A program made the translations under genes and the position numbers. Of a stretch of DNA of 64,000 nt, positions 17,309-29,300 are shown one piece after another. Every line of letters starts with the position of its first letter. Position 1 is the stretch's first letter. The DNA comes from Candidatus Kaiserbacteria bacterium (GTDB taxonomy: Bacteria > Patescibacteriota > Minisyncoccia > Phycocordibacterales > UBA2100). The stretch is taken from NCBI GenBank assembly GCA_016214605.1, contig JACROD010000005.1:6108-70107 (forward strand). Direction: 5' to 3'. Under the pieces are notes generated by a model that ran no database searches, was not told the origin of the DNA, and worked only from the letters and a program-made list of their open reading frames with translations.

Positions 17309-20300
17309 TCATTGGCTCGTGCTCGTCGTTGTTGAATCCACAGGAGCGGTCGATGACGAGGTGGAAGTGTCAATGGTCGACGGCGTTGAGGTCGACGTAT
17401 CCGTGGATGATGTGGTCGTATTGATGGTCGTCGTTCCTGAGGCCGTCTCTTCGGCTGGCGACGTGGTCGTCGTCGGATCATAGACGACGACCGTGCGCGT
17501 CGCCGAACCCTGCACACCGCTTGCGTCCGTGGCAAAGTAACGGATCGTATGCGTACCCGTCACACTCGTATCGATATGGATCTGATCGATTGTCGTCGTC
17601 GCTCCCCCATCCACGATCGCACTGATCCCGAGATTGAGCGCGCTCGTCGGACCCGTGATCGTCGCCCCGAGATCACTATATACCGAGCCGACCTGGATCG
17701 AAGCGGGATTGTTGCCGTTGACGGAGATGATCGGCGCCACCGATCCGGTCGCGGTGGTCGCAGTCGGGGTCGTGGCACCCGAGGAGACACCTCCGGTGCT
17801 ACCACCGGTCGCCCCGGCGGCGCCCGAGCCGCCTCCGCCAGAGGCTACGGCGGCCGAAGCGAGAAGCGCTTGGAGCTGCGCCTCGGTCACGCAGGTCGTG
17901 CCGACACACATCTGCTGCACGGCAGTCACTTTCTGCGCGGTGATGTTGTCGGCATAGATCTCCTTGGCAAAGACCTTGTCAAAGGCAGCGAGACTCCCAT
18001 GTACCGCTCCTCCGAGTTCACGCACGCCTGTGCCCGCGATACCAGACACCGAGGCAAGGGCCAAAGAAAGTGTGTCATGGAGCATCTGACTCACTCCAGC
18101 AAACGGACCATCGATGATTGCTGTCTGCGAACTCGTTGCAAAAGTGCTTGAAGCGATCGCCTGTATCGCCGAGACGTTAATATCCTGCAGGTTAACAAAT
18201 GCGAGGATCGCTGTTGAAGTCGCACCAGTCTGATATGCCTGCAACGCAATTGCCACACTCGGATCCATCGGGTCCGCCTTCATACCGACACCCGGTGTCG
18301 AAGTAGAGAGAGCAATGCGATCTCCGATTGCAATCGGACCGTTGTCGAGATTGACTAAGACCGGTACGCGTCCCACGAGCGCCACAGGATAGTGATTGTC
18401 TGTGGTATCGAAGGTACCATCCGGATTGAAGCCAAGTGTGAGACCTGGCGCGGTCGAGACAATGCCTATTATATGATGTTTGGTATCTGTCACTGCTGCT
18501 TTGATCGCCACATTACCTGCTGTCGCAACAATATTGCCCGGAACGAGAGTATCGTGCGATGCGTACATTTCCGCGACGTCAGAGCCACCCGTCGTAGACG
18601 TCACTGAACTAACACGACCAGTCGTCGAGGCGAAACACCACCCATCGCTGTCCACACAAAGACCGCCATTGACGATTGAGACACTCGCGGCGGTGCTACC
18701 ATTTCCGATGATCATATAGTTACTCGCTTGCGCAGCCGTAGCGGCGACACCAGAAGTCGTGAGGAACGTCGTGGTTGAGGTGAAGAATGTGACCGTAGTC
18801 GTACCAGAGTTACTTTGGATTTTCATAGCGGCATTTGCTGCGGTGGCAGATGACGTGGCAATCGTAAGGAGTCCCATCGGTGTCGTCGTGCCGATACCGA
18901 GATTCGTGCCGGTAAACGTGAGCGCCGTCCCGCTCGTGATCCGCGTGCCGTCGAAGAAATTCACGCCGTTGGTGACTTGGGTGCCCGTGGCCGTACCGCC
19001 ATTAGCGATGCCGAGAATACCGGTCAAATAGTTGACACCGATCGACGTGGTGGCGACGACCGCACCGCTTGCATTGGTGCTGAGGATCGCGTTGGCAGGA
19101 CCGATGAGGTAGTTGGTGCCGATCGTAGTGGTGGCGATTGGATTGCCGCTCGCGTCAAAGGCAAAGATGGATGATGCCGGGCCTTTGAGGAGATTCCAGC
19201 CGATTGTGGTAGAAGCAACCACCGAGCCATTCGCATTCGTACTGAGAATACTGTTGGTGATGGAGGTGATCGCAAAGGTGGTGGTGGTAGCTTGCTGGAG
19301 GCTGGCGGTGCCGTTTACGGTGAGATTATTGCCAAATGTTGCGGCGCCGTTGGAATTAATCGCAAGTGCGGCGACGGTCGAGGTGGCGGTCGCGGTCGAG
19401 GTGGCAATATAGAACGAGTTGCTGATACTGCGGAAGGTCCAAGCATTTGAACTTGCAGTGCCGTCAGTGAGTGCGATCTGTGGACCGGTGGACGATGCGA
19501 CGGTCAATTTCCAAAATGGCGTCGTCGTACCGATGCCGACGAGACCGGTGTTGGTGATGCGCATTTGTTCGGTGAGTGATGTCGTTTGCGCTGTTTTGAA
19601 TATCATGGCACCGCCTACGCCCGCGACATCAGTACCCGTGCCGCCGATACCGGCATTGAGCGTGAGCGCACCTCCCGCTCCGCCCGTCCTCGTGCCCGGG
19701 GTCGCGTTGGCATTGGTCGCGGCCCCGCCGGTGCCTGCAGAAAGCGCGACAGCTCCGCCGGCGCCGGCTGTATTTACTCCGGTCGTGTTGCCACTCGCCG
19801 CGCCGCCGGTGCCTGCTGTCCAGGTGAAGGCACTACCCGCACCGCCGGTGTTGTTGCCGGTACCCGCGACGGATGCGGCGCCGCCCACACCGCCGGTCAT
19901 CGTGAAGGTGCCGCCGGCGCCGCCGGTAGAGAGCACATCGGCTGCGGTGGCGGTGCCGCCGGCCCCCATTGAAAAGGTGTGCCCGCCACCCGCGCCGCCG
20001 GTGGCGGTGCCCGTGTTGGTATTGGTACCGCCGGCGCCGGTCGTCAGCGTGAGGAGACCGCCCGCGAGAGTACTCGACGCACTCGCGGCGCCCGTGGTGA
20101 GTGTGATCGCGCCACCGGCGTTTTGTCCTTTTGACGCGCCTGCAGTAACTGTGACGGCACCACCGGCACGGGCTACACTGTTGTCACCAGCTGCCGCACC
20201 GGCAGTAAGGGTCAGCGCGCCGCCGGCGCCGCCACTTCCTATGGACGTACCCACATCACCAAGGATGGATACTCCACCGCCGGCAGAGCTGGTGGCCGCA

Positions 20301-23300
20301 GCGGCGGTTCCTCCACTGATAGTGAGGAGACCACCACTGCCACCCGTGTCAGTACCTGCACCACCGGCGCCAGCGTTGATAGTGACCGCACCGCCTGCAC
20401 CGCCGGTACGTGTGCCTGGTGTCCCGTTGGCGTTGGTAGCGGCACCGCCGGTGCCGGCTGTCCAGGTAAATGCTCCTCCGATGCCGCCGGTGTTGTTGCC
20501 GGTCGTGTTGCCGTTGGCAGCACCGCCGGTGCCTCCTGTCCAGGTGAAGGGGCTGCCCGCGCCACCGGTGTTGTTGCCGGTACCGGCGACGGAGGCCGCG
20601 CCGCCGACGCCGCCGGTCATGGTGAAGGTGCCGCCGGTGCCGCCGGTGGAGAGGACGTCGGCTGCGGTGGCGGTGCCGCCGGTACCCAGCGTGAATGCAA
20701 ATCCACTGCCGGTGCCGCCCAGGGCTGTACCGGTATTCGTATTGGTGCCGCCCAATCCACCCGTGAGAGAGATTGCACCGCCGGCAAGCGTACTTGATGC
20801 ACTCGAAGCACCGGCAGTGAGTGTGATGGCACCACCTGCATTATTTCCCTTCGATGCTCCGGCAGTGATCGCGATGGCGCCGCCAGCACGAGCCACGCTG
20901 TTATCTCCGCCTGCCAATCCGCCCGTGAGGGTGATCGCGCCGCCGGCGCCGCCCGAGCCGGTCGTGCCGCCGGCCGCACCGGTGATAGTAACGGCGCCGC
21001 CGGCAGAGCTCGTGGCCGCGGCAGCAAGACCGCTGGAGAGCGAGAGGCCGCCGCCGTTGCCGCCTGTGTCAGTACCAACGCCGCCGGCGCCGGCACGTAG
21101 TGTGATCGCACCGCCGACGCCGCCGGTGCGTGTGCCCGGTGTCCCATTGGCGTTGGTAGCAGCACCGCCGGTGCCGGCTACCCAGGTGAAAGCACCGCCG
21201 GTGCCGCCGGTGTTGTTGCCGGTCGTATCCCCATTGGCCGCGCCGCCGATACCGCCTGTCCAGGTGAAGGCACTGCCCGCGCCGCCGGTATTGTTGCCGG
21301 TACCGGCGACGGAGGCCGCGCCGCCGACGCCGCCGGTCATGGTGAAGGTGCCGCCGGTGCCGCCGGTGGAGAGGACGTCGGCTGCGGTGGCGGTGCCGCC
21401 GGTGCCGAGGGTGAGCGTGAGCGCACTGCCGGCGCCGCCGGTGCGCGTGCCTGTGTCGGTAGTCACACCACCCGTGATGCCTGCGATGTTCAAGATCGAA
21501 GTCGCTGCCGTACCGTTGCCCGATGACGCCGATGTCGGCTGTGTACCCGAGACATGGAGCATTGAGGTGGGTGCCGTGATGCCGATACCGACGAGATTGG
21601 TCGGCAAGATGCGCATCGCTTCGCCGAGACTACCTGCATTGAGGGTGAGGAATGCGAGCGCACCCGATGAAGCACCTGCGGTATGCGCGGTGTTGATGCC
21701 GACGATTTGTGCAGAAGAAGTGGCTCCGCCATTGGTCAGATCCTGTGTGCGGAATGCGAGTGTCGAGAAATTGTTGGCGGTCGTATTGCGGTTGCTGATC
21801 GAAAGCGTCGTGCCAGACGTGAAGGTGTTGAGTGTCGTACCCGCATCAGAGCCGGAGATTTCGATCGCGGAGTTGGGGCTTGTGGTGCCGATACCAAATC
21901 TGTTGTTCGTGTCATCCCAGAAGAAGTTGCTGTTATCCTGCGTAAGCGAAGTGCCATTGGAGAATATCACCGAGCCGGCGGTGTATGCAGAGGAGTTGTT
22001 GGTACCGCCATTGGCAATGGCGAGTACACCGGTCAGATAATTGGTGCCGATGGATGTCGTCGCAACAACTTGGCCGCTACTATTCGTAGAGAGTATCGCG
22101 TTGGTGATACTGGGAATATTAAGGATGCCGAGCGAAGCTGTCTGCGCGAAGAGATTGGTCGATGATGCCGTCGTAGAGAAGAGATTCGTGGTGGTGGCAT
22201 TGCCCAAGATCGTGAGGCCGGTGGCAGTAAAATTGGTCGTGCTCGCTCCCCCGTTCATACTGAAGAGTCCTGAGGTGATCGTGCTAGATGCGGTGGAAAG
22301 GAAGCCGCCGGAGAGAGTCGCGAGGCCGGTGTCTCCCGCGATCGAGAAAAGCGAGGTGCCGGTCGAGCTTGCGATGACGAAAAGCGGATTGGTCTGGCCT
22401 GCCGTGCCCGCGAGCGAGAGACTGCCCCATGGCGTGGTGGTGCCGACGCCGACGTTGCCACCCATGAAGAGACCGGCGATCGGTGTGGTGGCGCTCGATG
22501 ATGCGACATACGAGAAGATGCCGCCGGTGGAGTAGATGCCTCCCGCACCGGCGTTGAAAGTATCGGCAAAGATATGACCCTGCGAGGTGAGATCGTTGCG
22601 CAGTTGCAAAGAGCCCGCGTCGAGCGTACCCACAGCCAGCGATTGCAGATCGGCACCGGTGATGTCGTGTACGACAAGGTCATTGCCCGAGATGCTCGAC
22701 AGCCCGACGAATGCGCTATGACCGGAGACAACGAGACCTTGGACGTTGGCATTTTCGTCAACACCGCCGACGGCAATCGGATTGTATGGATCGGATATGT
22801 CGTACACGCGGAAGTCGCAGCCGGTGATCGTTGTTGAGTTGCACGAACCAGCGAGCGAGCTTACACCGAGATACATATATCGTCCCGAGACTTGGACAGT
22901 CTGCGCAGCAGCGGCACTGATGACCGAGGTGGTGGCGATCGCGGTCGGGTTGGAAACATCGTAGATGATGAGGTTGCCCGTGACGCCGCCCGTGTCTTTG
23001 CCTACGTAGGCATAATTGCCCGAGACGGCGATGGCGCGGCCGTTGGTGCCGAGGTCCATACCGCCGACAGTGACGGGGGCAGCGGGATTGGAGATGTCCA
23101 CGATGATAAAGTCGTTGCCGGTAACACTTCCTTGGGCGATATACGCATAATTACCCTGTACGCGCAGACCAATACCGGCAGTACCCAAATCGAGCCCGCC
23201 CACCGTTACCGGATTGGTCGGATCCGAGATGTCGATGATACGGAAGTCGTTGCCGGAAACAGAGTTCAAAGTCACGTACGCATAATGCCCCGAAACGACC

Positions 23301-26300
23301 ACGTTAATACCGGAAATAGCAAAGTTGAGACCGCCTTTGAACAGGGGTGCGGATGGATTGGAGATATCGTAAATGCGGAATTCGCAACCGGTGGCGGTGG
23401 TCGAGTTGCAGGTGCCGGCTACCGTGCTGACCGTTACGTATGCATATTGCCCCGCTACCGCGATACCGTTGCCATGCGCGGTCGCCGTCGGTCCGAAGTC
23501 GGCACCGCCGAGGAAACGCGGCGTGCCCGTAGCTATATCAAAGATGCGGAGTTCGCAATCTGACATATCGCTCGTGGAGCAGCCGGTATTGGCGGTCGTG
23601 GAGGCGGTGACCAGGTAGAGGGTGTTGCCGACGACCGTCATATCCTGCCCGCCAAAGAGTGACTCCCCCACCCCGATCCCGAGATCGACGCCGCCGAGGA
23701 GCGCGGGATTGTACAGCTGCCCTGAATTACCGCTGCCGCCCGTCTGGAAGATATTGCCACCCATCACGGTGAGCCGCTCCTGCGGAGAGGTCGTACCGAC
23801 GCCAAGGTTTGTGCCGTCGAAAGTGAGCGCTGTACCGCTCGTAATGCGTGTCCCATCAAAGAAGTTCACACCATTCGTCACCTGCGTACCGGTCGCTGTT
23901 CCCCCGTTGGCGATCGGGAGGATACCACTGAGATAGTTCACGCCGATCGAGGTAGTGGCGATCACCATGCCGTTTGCATCGGTGGCAAGAAGTTTGCTGG
24001 TGGTGGCTTTGAGGTTAAGTGTGCCCAGTGATGCAAGCTGCGAGAAGAGATTCGTGGAGCTGGCGGTGGTGCTGAAGAGATTGGTCGTGGTGGCATTGCC
24101 CAAGATCACAAGACCGGTGGCAGTGAAGTTGGTGGTGCTCGCTCCCCCGTTGGCTGAGAAGAGACCGCTTGTGATGGTCGAGGATGCGGTACTGATGAAG
24201 CCACCGAGGGTCGAGAGACCGGTGACGCCAAGCGTGCCGCCCGTGGAGATGTTTGAGGCAGCAAAGGTCGTGCCGTTCCAGGTGATGGCGGTGCCGGAGG
24301 TGATGCGCGTACCGTCGAAGAAGTTCACACCGTTGGTGACCTGTGTGCCGGTCGCGGTGCCGCCGTTGGCGATCGGGAGGATGCCGGAGAGATAATTCAC
24401 ACCCACGGAAGTGGTGCCCACGACATTACCGGAGGAATCGGTGGAAAGCAGGAGATTGTTACCTCCCTTGAGGTAGTTGAGACCGATGGTGGAGGTGGCC
24501 GTCGGGTTGCCCGAAGAGTCGAAGGCGAAGATGGATGATGCCGGGCCTTTGAGGAGATTCCAGCCGATGGTGGTGGTGGAGACGATCTTCTTGTTGGCAT
24601 CAAGCGCAAGAAGCGTTGACGCGGTGAGATTGGTGAGCCAGGTCGATCCGGAGAAGGTGGCGAGAGTCGTGCTGGATTGAGCGATGTTGAGCGGTGCCGA
24701 GAAGGTGGACGATGCATTGGCGACGATGTTGCCGTCAAAGGTGGAAAGACCCTGCGAAGTAAAGCCACTCGCAAACGTGGCCAGGTCATTGACGAAAAAT
24801 GAGGAGCTCGGGGTATACGTAAGGCCTCCATCACTGGTGAATTTGGTACCATCGAAGTACATGACGCCATTGGTCGTGCCGCCGGTGGAGTTGTTGGTGC
24901 CTCCATTGGCGATCGGGAGAATGCCAGTGAGGTAGTTGACACCAATCGACGTGGTAGCAATCACCATGCCGTTTGCATCGGTGGCAAGGAGCTTGCTTGT
25001 GGTCGCGCGGAGATTGAGTATGCCGAGGCTTGCGGTCTGCGAGAAGAGATTGGTGGAGGATGCGGTCGTACTGAAGAGATTGGTCGATGTCGCACCATTC
25101 TGGCCGATGAGGAATACCGTACTCGATGAGTTGTTGACTGCCTCAAAGAGATTGGCAGTACCCCAGGTGGTGAGCTTGCTGTATGGAGTGGTAGTGCCGA
25201 TGCCGATGTTGCCACTTGATACAGTTGAGCCGGTACCGGTAATACCGGTGCCGTAGATGATATTGCCAATGTTGAGTTGGCCGCTGGCTGTCGCACTCGG
25301 AAACGAGATATTATTGCCGATGAGGATGTTTTGCGATCCCGTGGTGAGGTTGGCTATTGCGGCCGAGGAGGTGGCGGTACCGATCCAGATGTTGTTGCTC
25401 CCGGTCGTGATGCCGCGACCGGATTGATAGCCGAAGAGCGTGTTGAAATCGGAGTTGGTCTGGGCACCATACCCGGCAAGATAACCGACGTACGTGCCTC
25501 CTTGGTTATTGAAGTTGGCAGCCGCATTGCCAGCACTCGATCCTATCGCGACAGAACTGGTCGCGGAGATATTGAGTCTCGATGCATTCGCGCCGATCGC
25601 GACGTTGTCAGAACCGGTAGTATTCAGGCGCAAAGATTCATTTCCCATCGCCGTATTTGAACTGCCGGTCGTGAGTGCATTCATCGCGGCACGTCCCATA
25701 GCGTTATTAAAATCGCCTGTCGTGATTGCACTCAGTGCGAACGTCCCGAGTCCGTAGTTTTGCAAACCAGTCGTACTCGTGTTACCTGCAGATTGGCCGA
25801 TGAAAAAAGAATTGAGTGTCGAGGATGCTTGCAAGATCAGATTACCGTCGATCTTGTACCCGCCCGTCGTGCCGGAGGTGTTGTAAAATCCGGAAGCGTA
25901 TACATCGCCTGCAACGGATAACAAGGAGCCGGGTGTGCTGGTCCCGATCCCCACATTGCCACTTCCCTGTTGCAAGACGAATTGGCTGGTACCGATGGTG
26001 AAGCCTTGGCCGGCGGCGATGGTGGATGTGCCACTCGTCTGCGTGCTGTTGAAGAGTGGCGCGCCAAAGGTCGTGCCGTTGAAAGTAAGCGCAGTACCGC
26101 TCGTGATCCGCGTACCGTCGAAGAAGTTCACACCATTCGTCACCTGCGTACCGGTCGCTGTTCCCCCATTGGCGATCGGCAAGATACCACTCAAGTAGTT
26201 GACGCCGATACTTGAGGTCGCGACGACGCTGCCATTTGCATTGGTCGAGAGGATCGCCGACGCGAGATTGGTGATGGCAAAGTTGGTGGTGGTCGCACCA

Positions 26301-29300
26301 TTCTGTCCGATCGAGAAGACGGTCGATGAGCTGTTGGTGACGGCTTCGAATAAGGAGCCGGTGCCCCAGGTGGTGAGCTTGCTGTATGGCGTGCTGGTGC
26401 CGATGGCGATATTGCCGGTCGATATCGTCGCCCCCGTACCAGAGAGGCCGGTGCCATAGATCAAGTTGCCGATGACGAGCTGATTGGACGCGGTCGCGCT
26501 CGGGACGGCCACGTCATTGCCGATCGCGATATTGTTGCTTCCGGTGGTGACCTGATCGCGTGAAGCGGTGATGGTGGACTGGCCGAGGAGGACGTTGCGG
26601 GCGCCGGTAGTAATGGCGTAGCCGGATTGATAGCCGAGGAGGGTGTTGTAGTCGGAGCCGGTGGTGAATCCTCGCCCTGCAGAAAAGCCAATGACCGTAC
26701 CCCCTTGATTACTATAGTTGGCGGTGCCGATCGCGGCTGAAGACCCGATAGCGACGGTACTGGTGGCTGACTGATTGAAATTGGAAGCCGAAGAACCGAC
26801 AGCGACGTTGCTGCTACCTGTAGTATTGGAAAGAAGAGCATTATAGCCACTGGCAGTATTGGAACTGCCGGTAGTGTTGAAGATGAGGGATCGCGCACCC
26901 AGAGCGGTGTTGGAACCGCCAGTGGTGTTGGACTGGAGCGTACTGTTGCCGCTCGCGGTGTTATTGGTACCTGTCGTATTAGAAAAGAGAGCGAGATAAC
27001 CGGTCGCAGTATTGATCTGACCTGTGGTATTGGAACTGAGCGCGTTGTATCCGACCGCGGTATTTGCTATCGCTGTGCCCGAAGTCGGCGTCGTGCCGAG
27101 CGCACCTTGACCGATGGCGACAGAAAGCCAGCTTGTCGAGGATGCACTCATCCAAGCGGCTGCAGCAGATGCACCGACAGCAAGAGATGTATTCGTCGTA
27201 CTCGCATACAGTACTGTGTTTCCGGCCTGCTTGTATCCTCCCGTTGTACCATCTGTGTTGATGAAGCCATTGACGTCGAGCGAGTAGCTCGGGGTGGTGT
27301 CATTGATACCGAGATTGGTCCCATCAAACGTAAGCGCTGTGCCGGATGTGATCCGCGTACCATCGAAGAAGTTCACGCCGTTGGTGACTTGGGTGCCGGT
27401 CGCGGTGCCGCCATTGGCGATTGGGAGAATGCCGGAGAGGTAATTGACCCCGATCGAGGTGGTCGCGATCACCATACCGTTTGCATCAGTGGCAAGGAGC
27501 TTGCTTGTGGTCGCCTTGAGCGCGAGCGTGTTCCAGATATTGGCCGAGGCAAGCTGTGATGTGGAGGATGCATAGAAGCCCATCTGATACCAGGTCGGTG
27601 TGGTAGTGGCGTTGGTCGATGTACCAAAGGTGGTGGCTATGGTCCAAGGCCAAGAGGTTCCGCTTGATGGCCAGGTGGTGCGGCACGTATCGCCGGTGAA
27701 GCAGATGGTGGTCGCTGCAAAGTTGGTCGAGGTAGCACCATTCTGACCGATGAGGAATACTGTACTCGATGAGTTGTTGACCGCCTCGAAGAGATTGGCA
27801 GTGCCCCAAGTGGTGAGCTTGCTGTATGGCGTGCTGGTGCCGATGGCGATATTGCCGGTCGATATCGTCGCCCCCGTACCAGAGAGGCCGGTGCCATAGA
27901 TCAAGTTGCCGATGACGAGCTGGTTGGAGAGTGTGGAGGATGCAATGGCCACGTCATTGCCGATGGCGATGTTATTGGAGCCTGTGGTGACTTGGTTTTG
28001 TGAGGCGGCGATGGTGGACTGGCCGAGGAGGACGTTGCGGGCACCGGTGGTGATGCCGTAGCCGGATTGGTAACCGAGGAGGGTGTTGTAATCGCTTCCG
28101 GTGGCGAAGTTGAAGCCGGCTTGCATGCCGACGACGGTGCCGCCCTGATTGGAGTAGTTGCCGTTGCCCTGGCCGGCATACGCACCGAAGGCAGTGGTGC
28201 TGGTGGCAGACCCGTTGTAGAACAGAGCATAGTAGCCATTGGCGGAGTTATTGGAGCCGGTGGTGTTATTGAAGAGCGCGTTGCTGCCGTTGGCGGTGTT
28301 GTACGAGCCGATATTTTTGTTCAGAGCATTCGTGCCGATGGCGGTATTCACGACACCGGTGGTATTAGAGGTGAGCGCATAGTAACCGATTGCAGTGTTG
28401 CCATAACCGATTGTATTGGCGGATAGACTTTGGATACCGATTGAGGTGTTTAATTGGCCGTTAGAACCGAGATGATCCGTGGGGATCGTTGCGAGCGCAC
28501 CGGAGCCGATGGCAATGTCATTCCAACTTGTCGACGACGCACTCATCCATGCGGCGGCTGCTGATGCACCAACAGCGAGAGATGTGTTGGTCGTGCTCGC
28601 ATACAGCACCGTATTCCCCGCCTGTTTGTATCCGCCCGTCGTGCCGTCGGTGTTGACGAAACCATTCACATCGAGAGTGTACGTAGGTGCCGTGAGCGAA
28701 CCGACGCCGAGCTTGCCCGCAAAGATCGAGTTGGCGGTCGAGGAAGTCGCGAGATACGCCGCGGCGGTCGGTGTCGATGTGGAAACGATGCGCGTACCGT
28801 CGAAAGCAGTAAGCATATGACTGCCGATCGAGCTTGCATTAGTGCCGCCATTCGCAATGCCGAGAATGCCCGAGAGGTAATTGACCCCGATACTCGTGGT
28901 CGCCGTCGGATTGCCCGAAGAGTCGAACGCAAAAATGGATGATGCCGGGCCCTTGAGGAGGTTCCAGCCGATTGAGGTGGTGGCGACGAGCTTTTGATTG
29001 GCGTCGAGCGCGAGAAGACTGCTTGCGGCGATACCAGTAAACCAGGTGTTGTTGGTGAATGTGGCGAGGCTCGTGGTGCTCTGGGAGAGATTGAGAAGCG
29101 CCGAGAAGGTCGAGGAAGCTTGCGCGATGAGACCGCCGGTAAAGGTGGAGGCGGTCGATGAAGTGGCGTTGAAGTACTGAGCTGATACGGCACCTTGGAC
29201 GTTGAGCTTGTCGGTCGGAGCACTGTTGCCGAGGCCGAGCTTGCCGTCTGCAGTGAGGACGGTCGAGAGCACACCATTGGCATCATAGATATCGATCAGG

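Noticed and set aside
19419-22040. 873-aa Pro/Ala/Val-rich ORF on the + strand, and many similar antisense ORFs across 17.5-33 kb
   Set aside because: It is the antisense shadow of the Gly/Thr/Ala codons of the giant gene, mirrors its repeats, and has no independent motifs.
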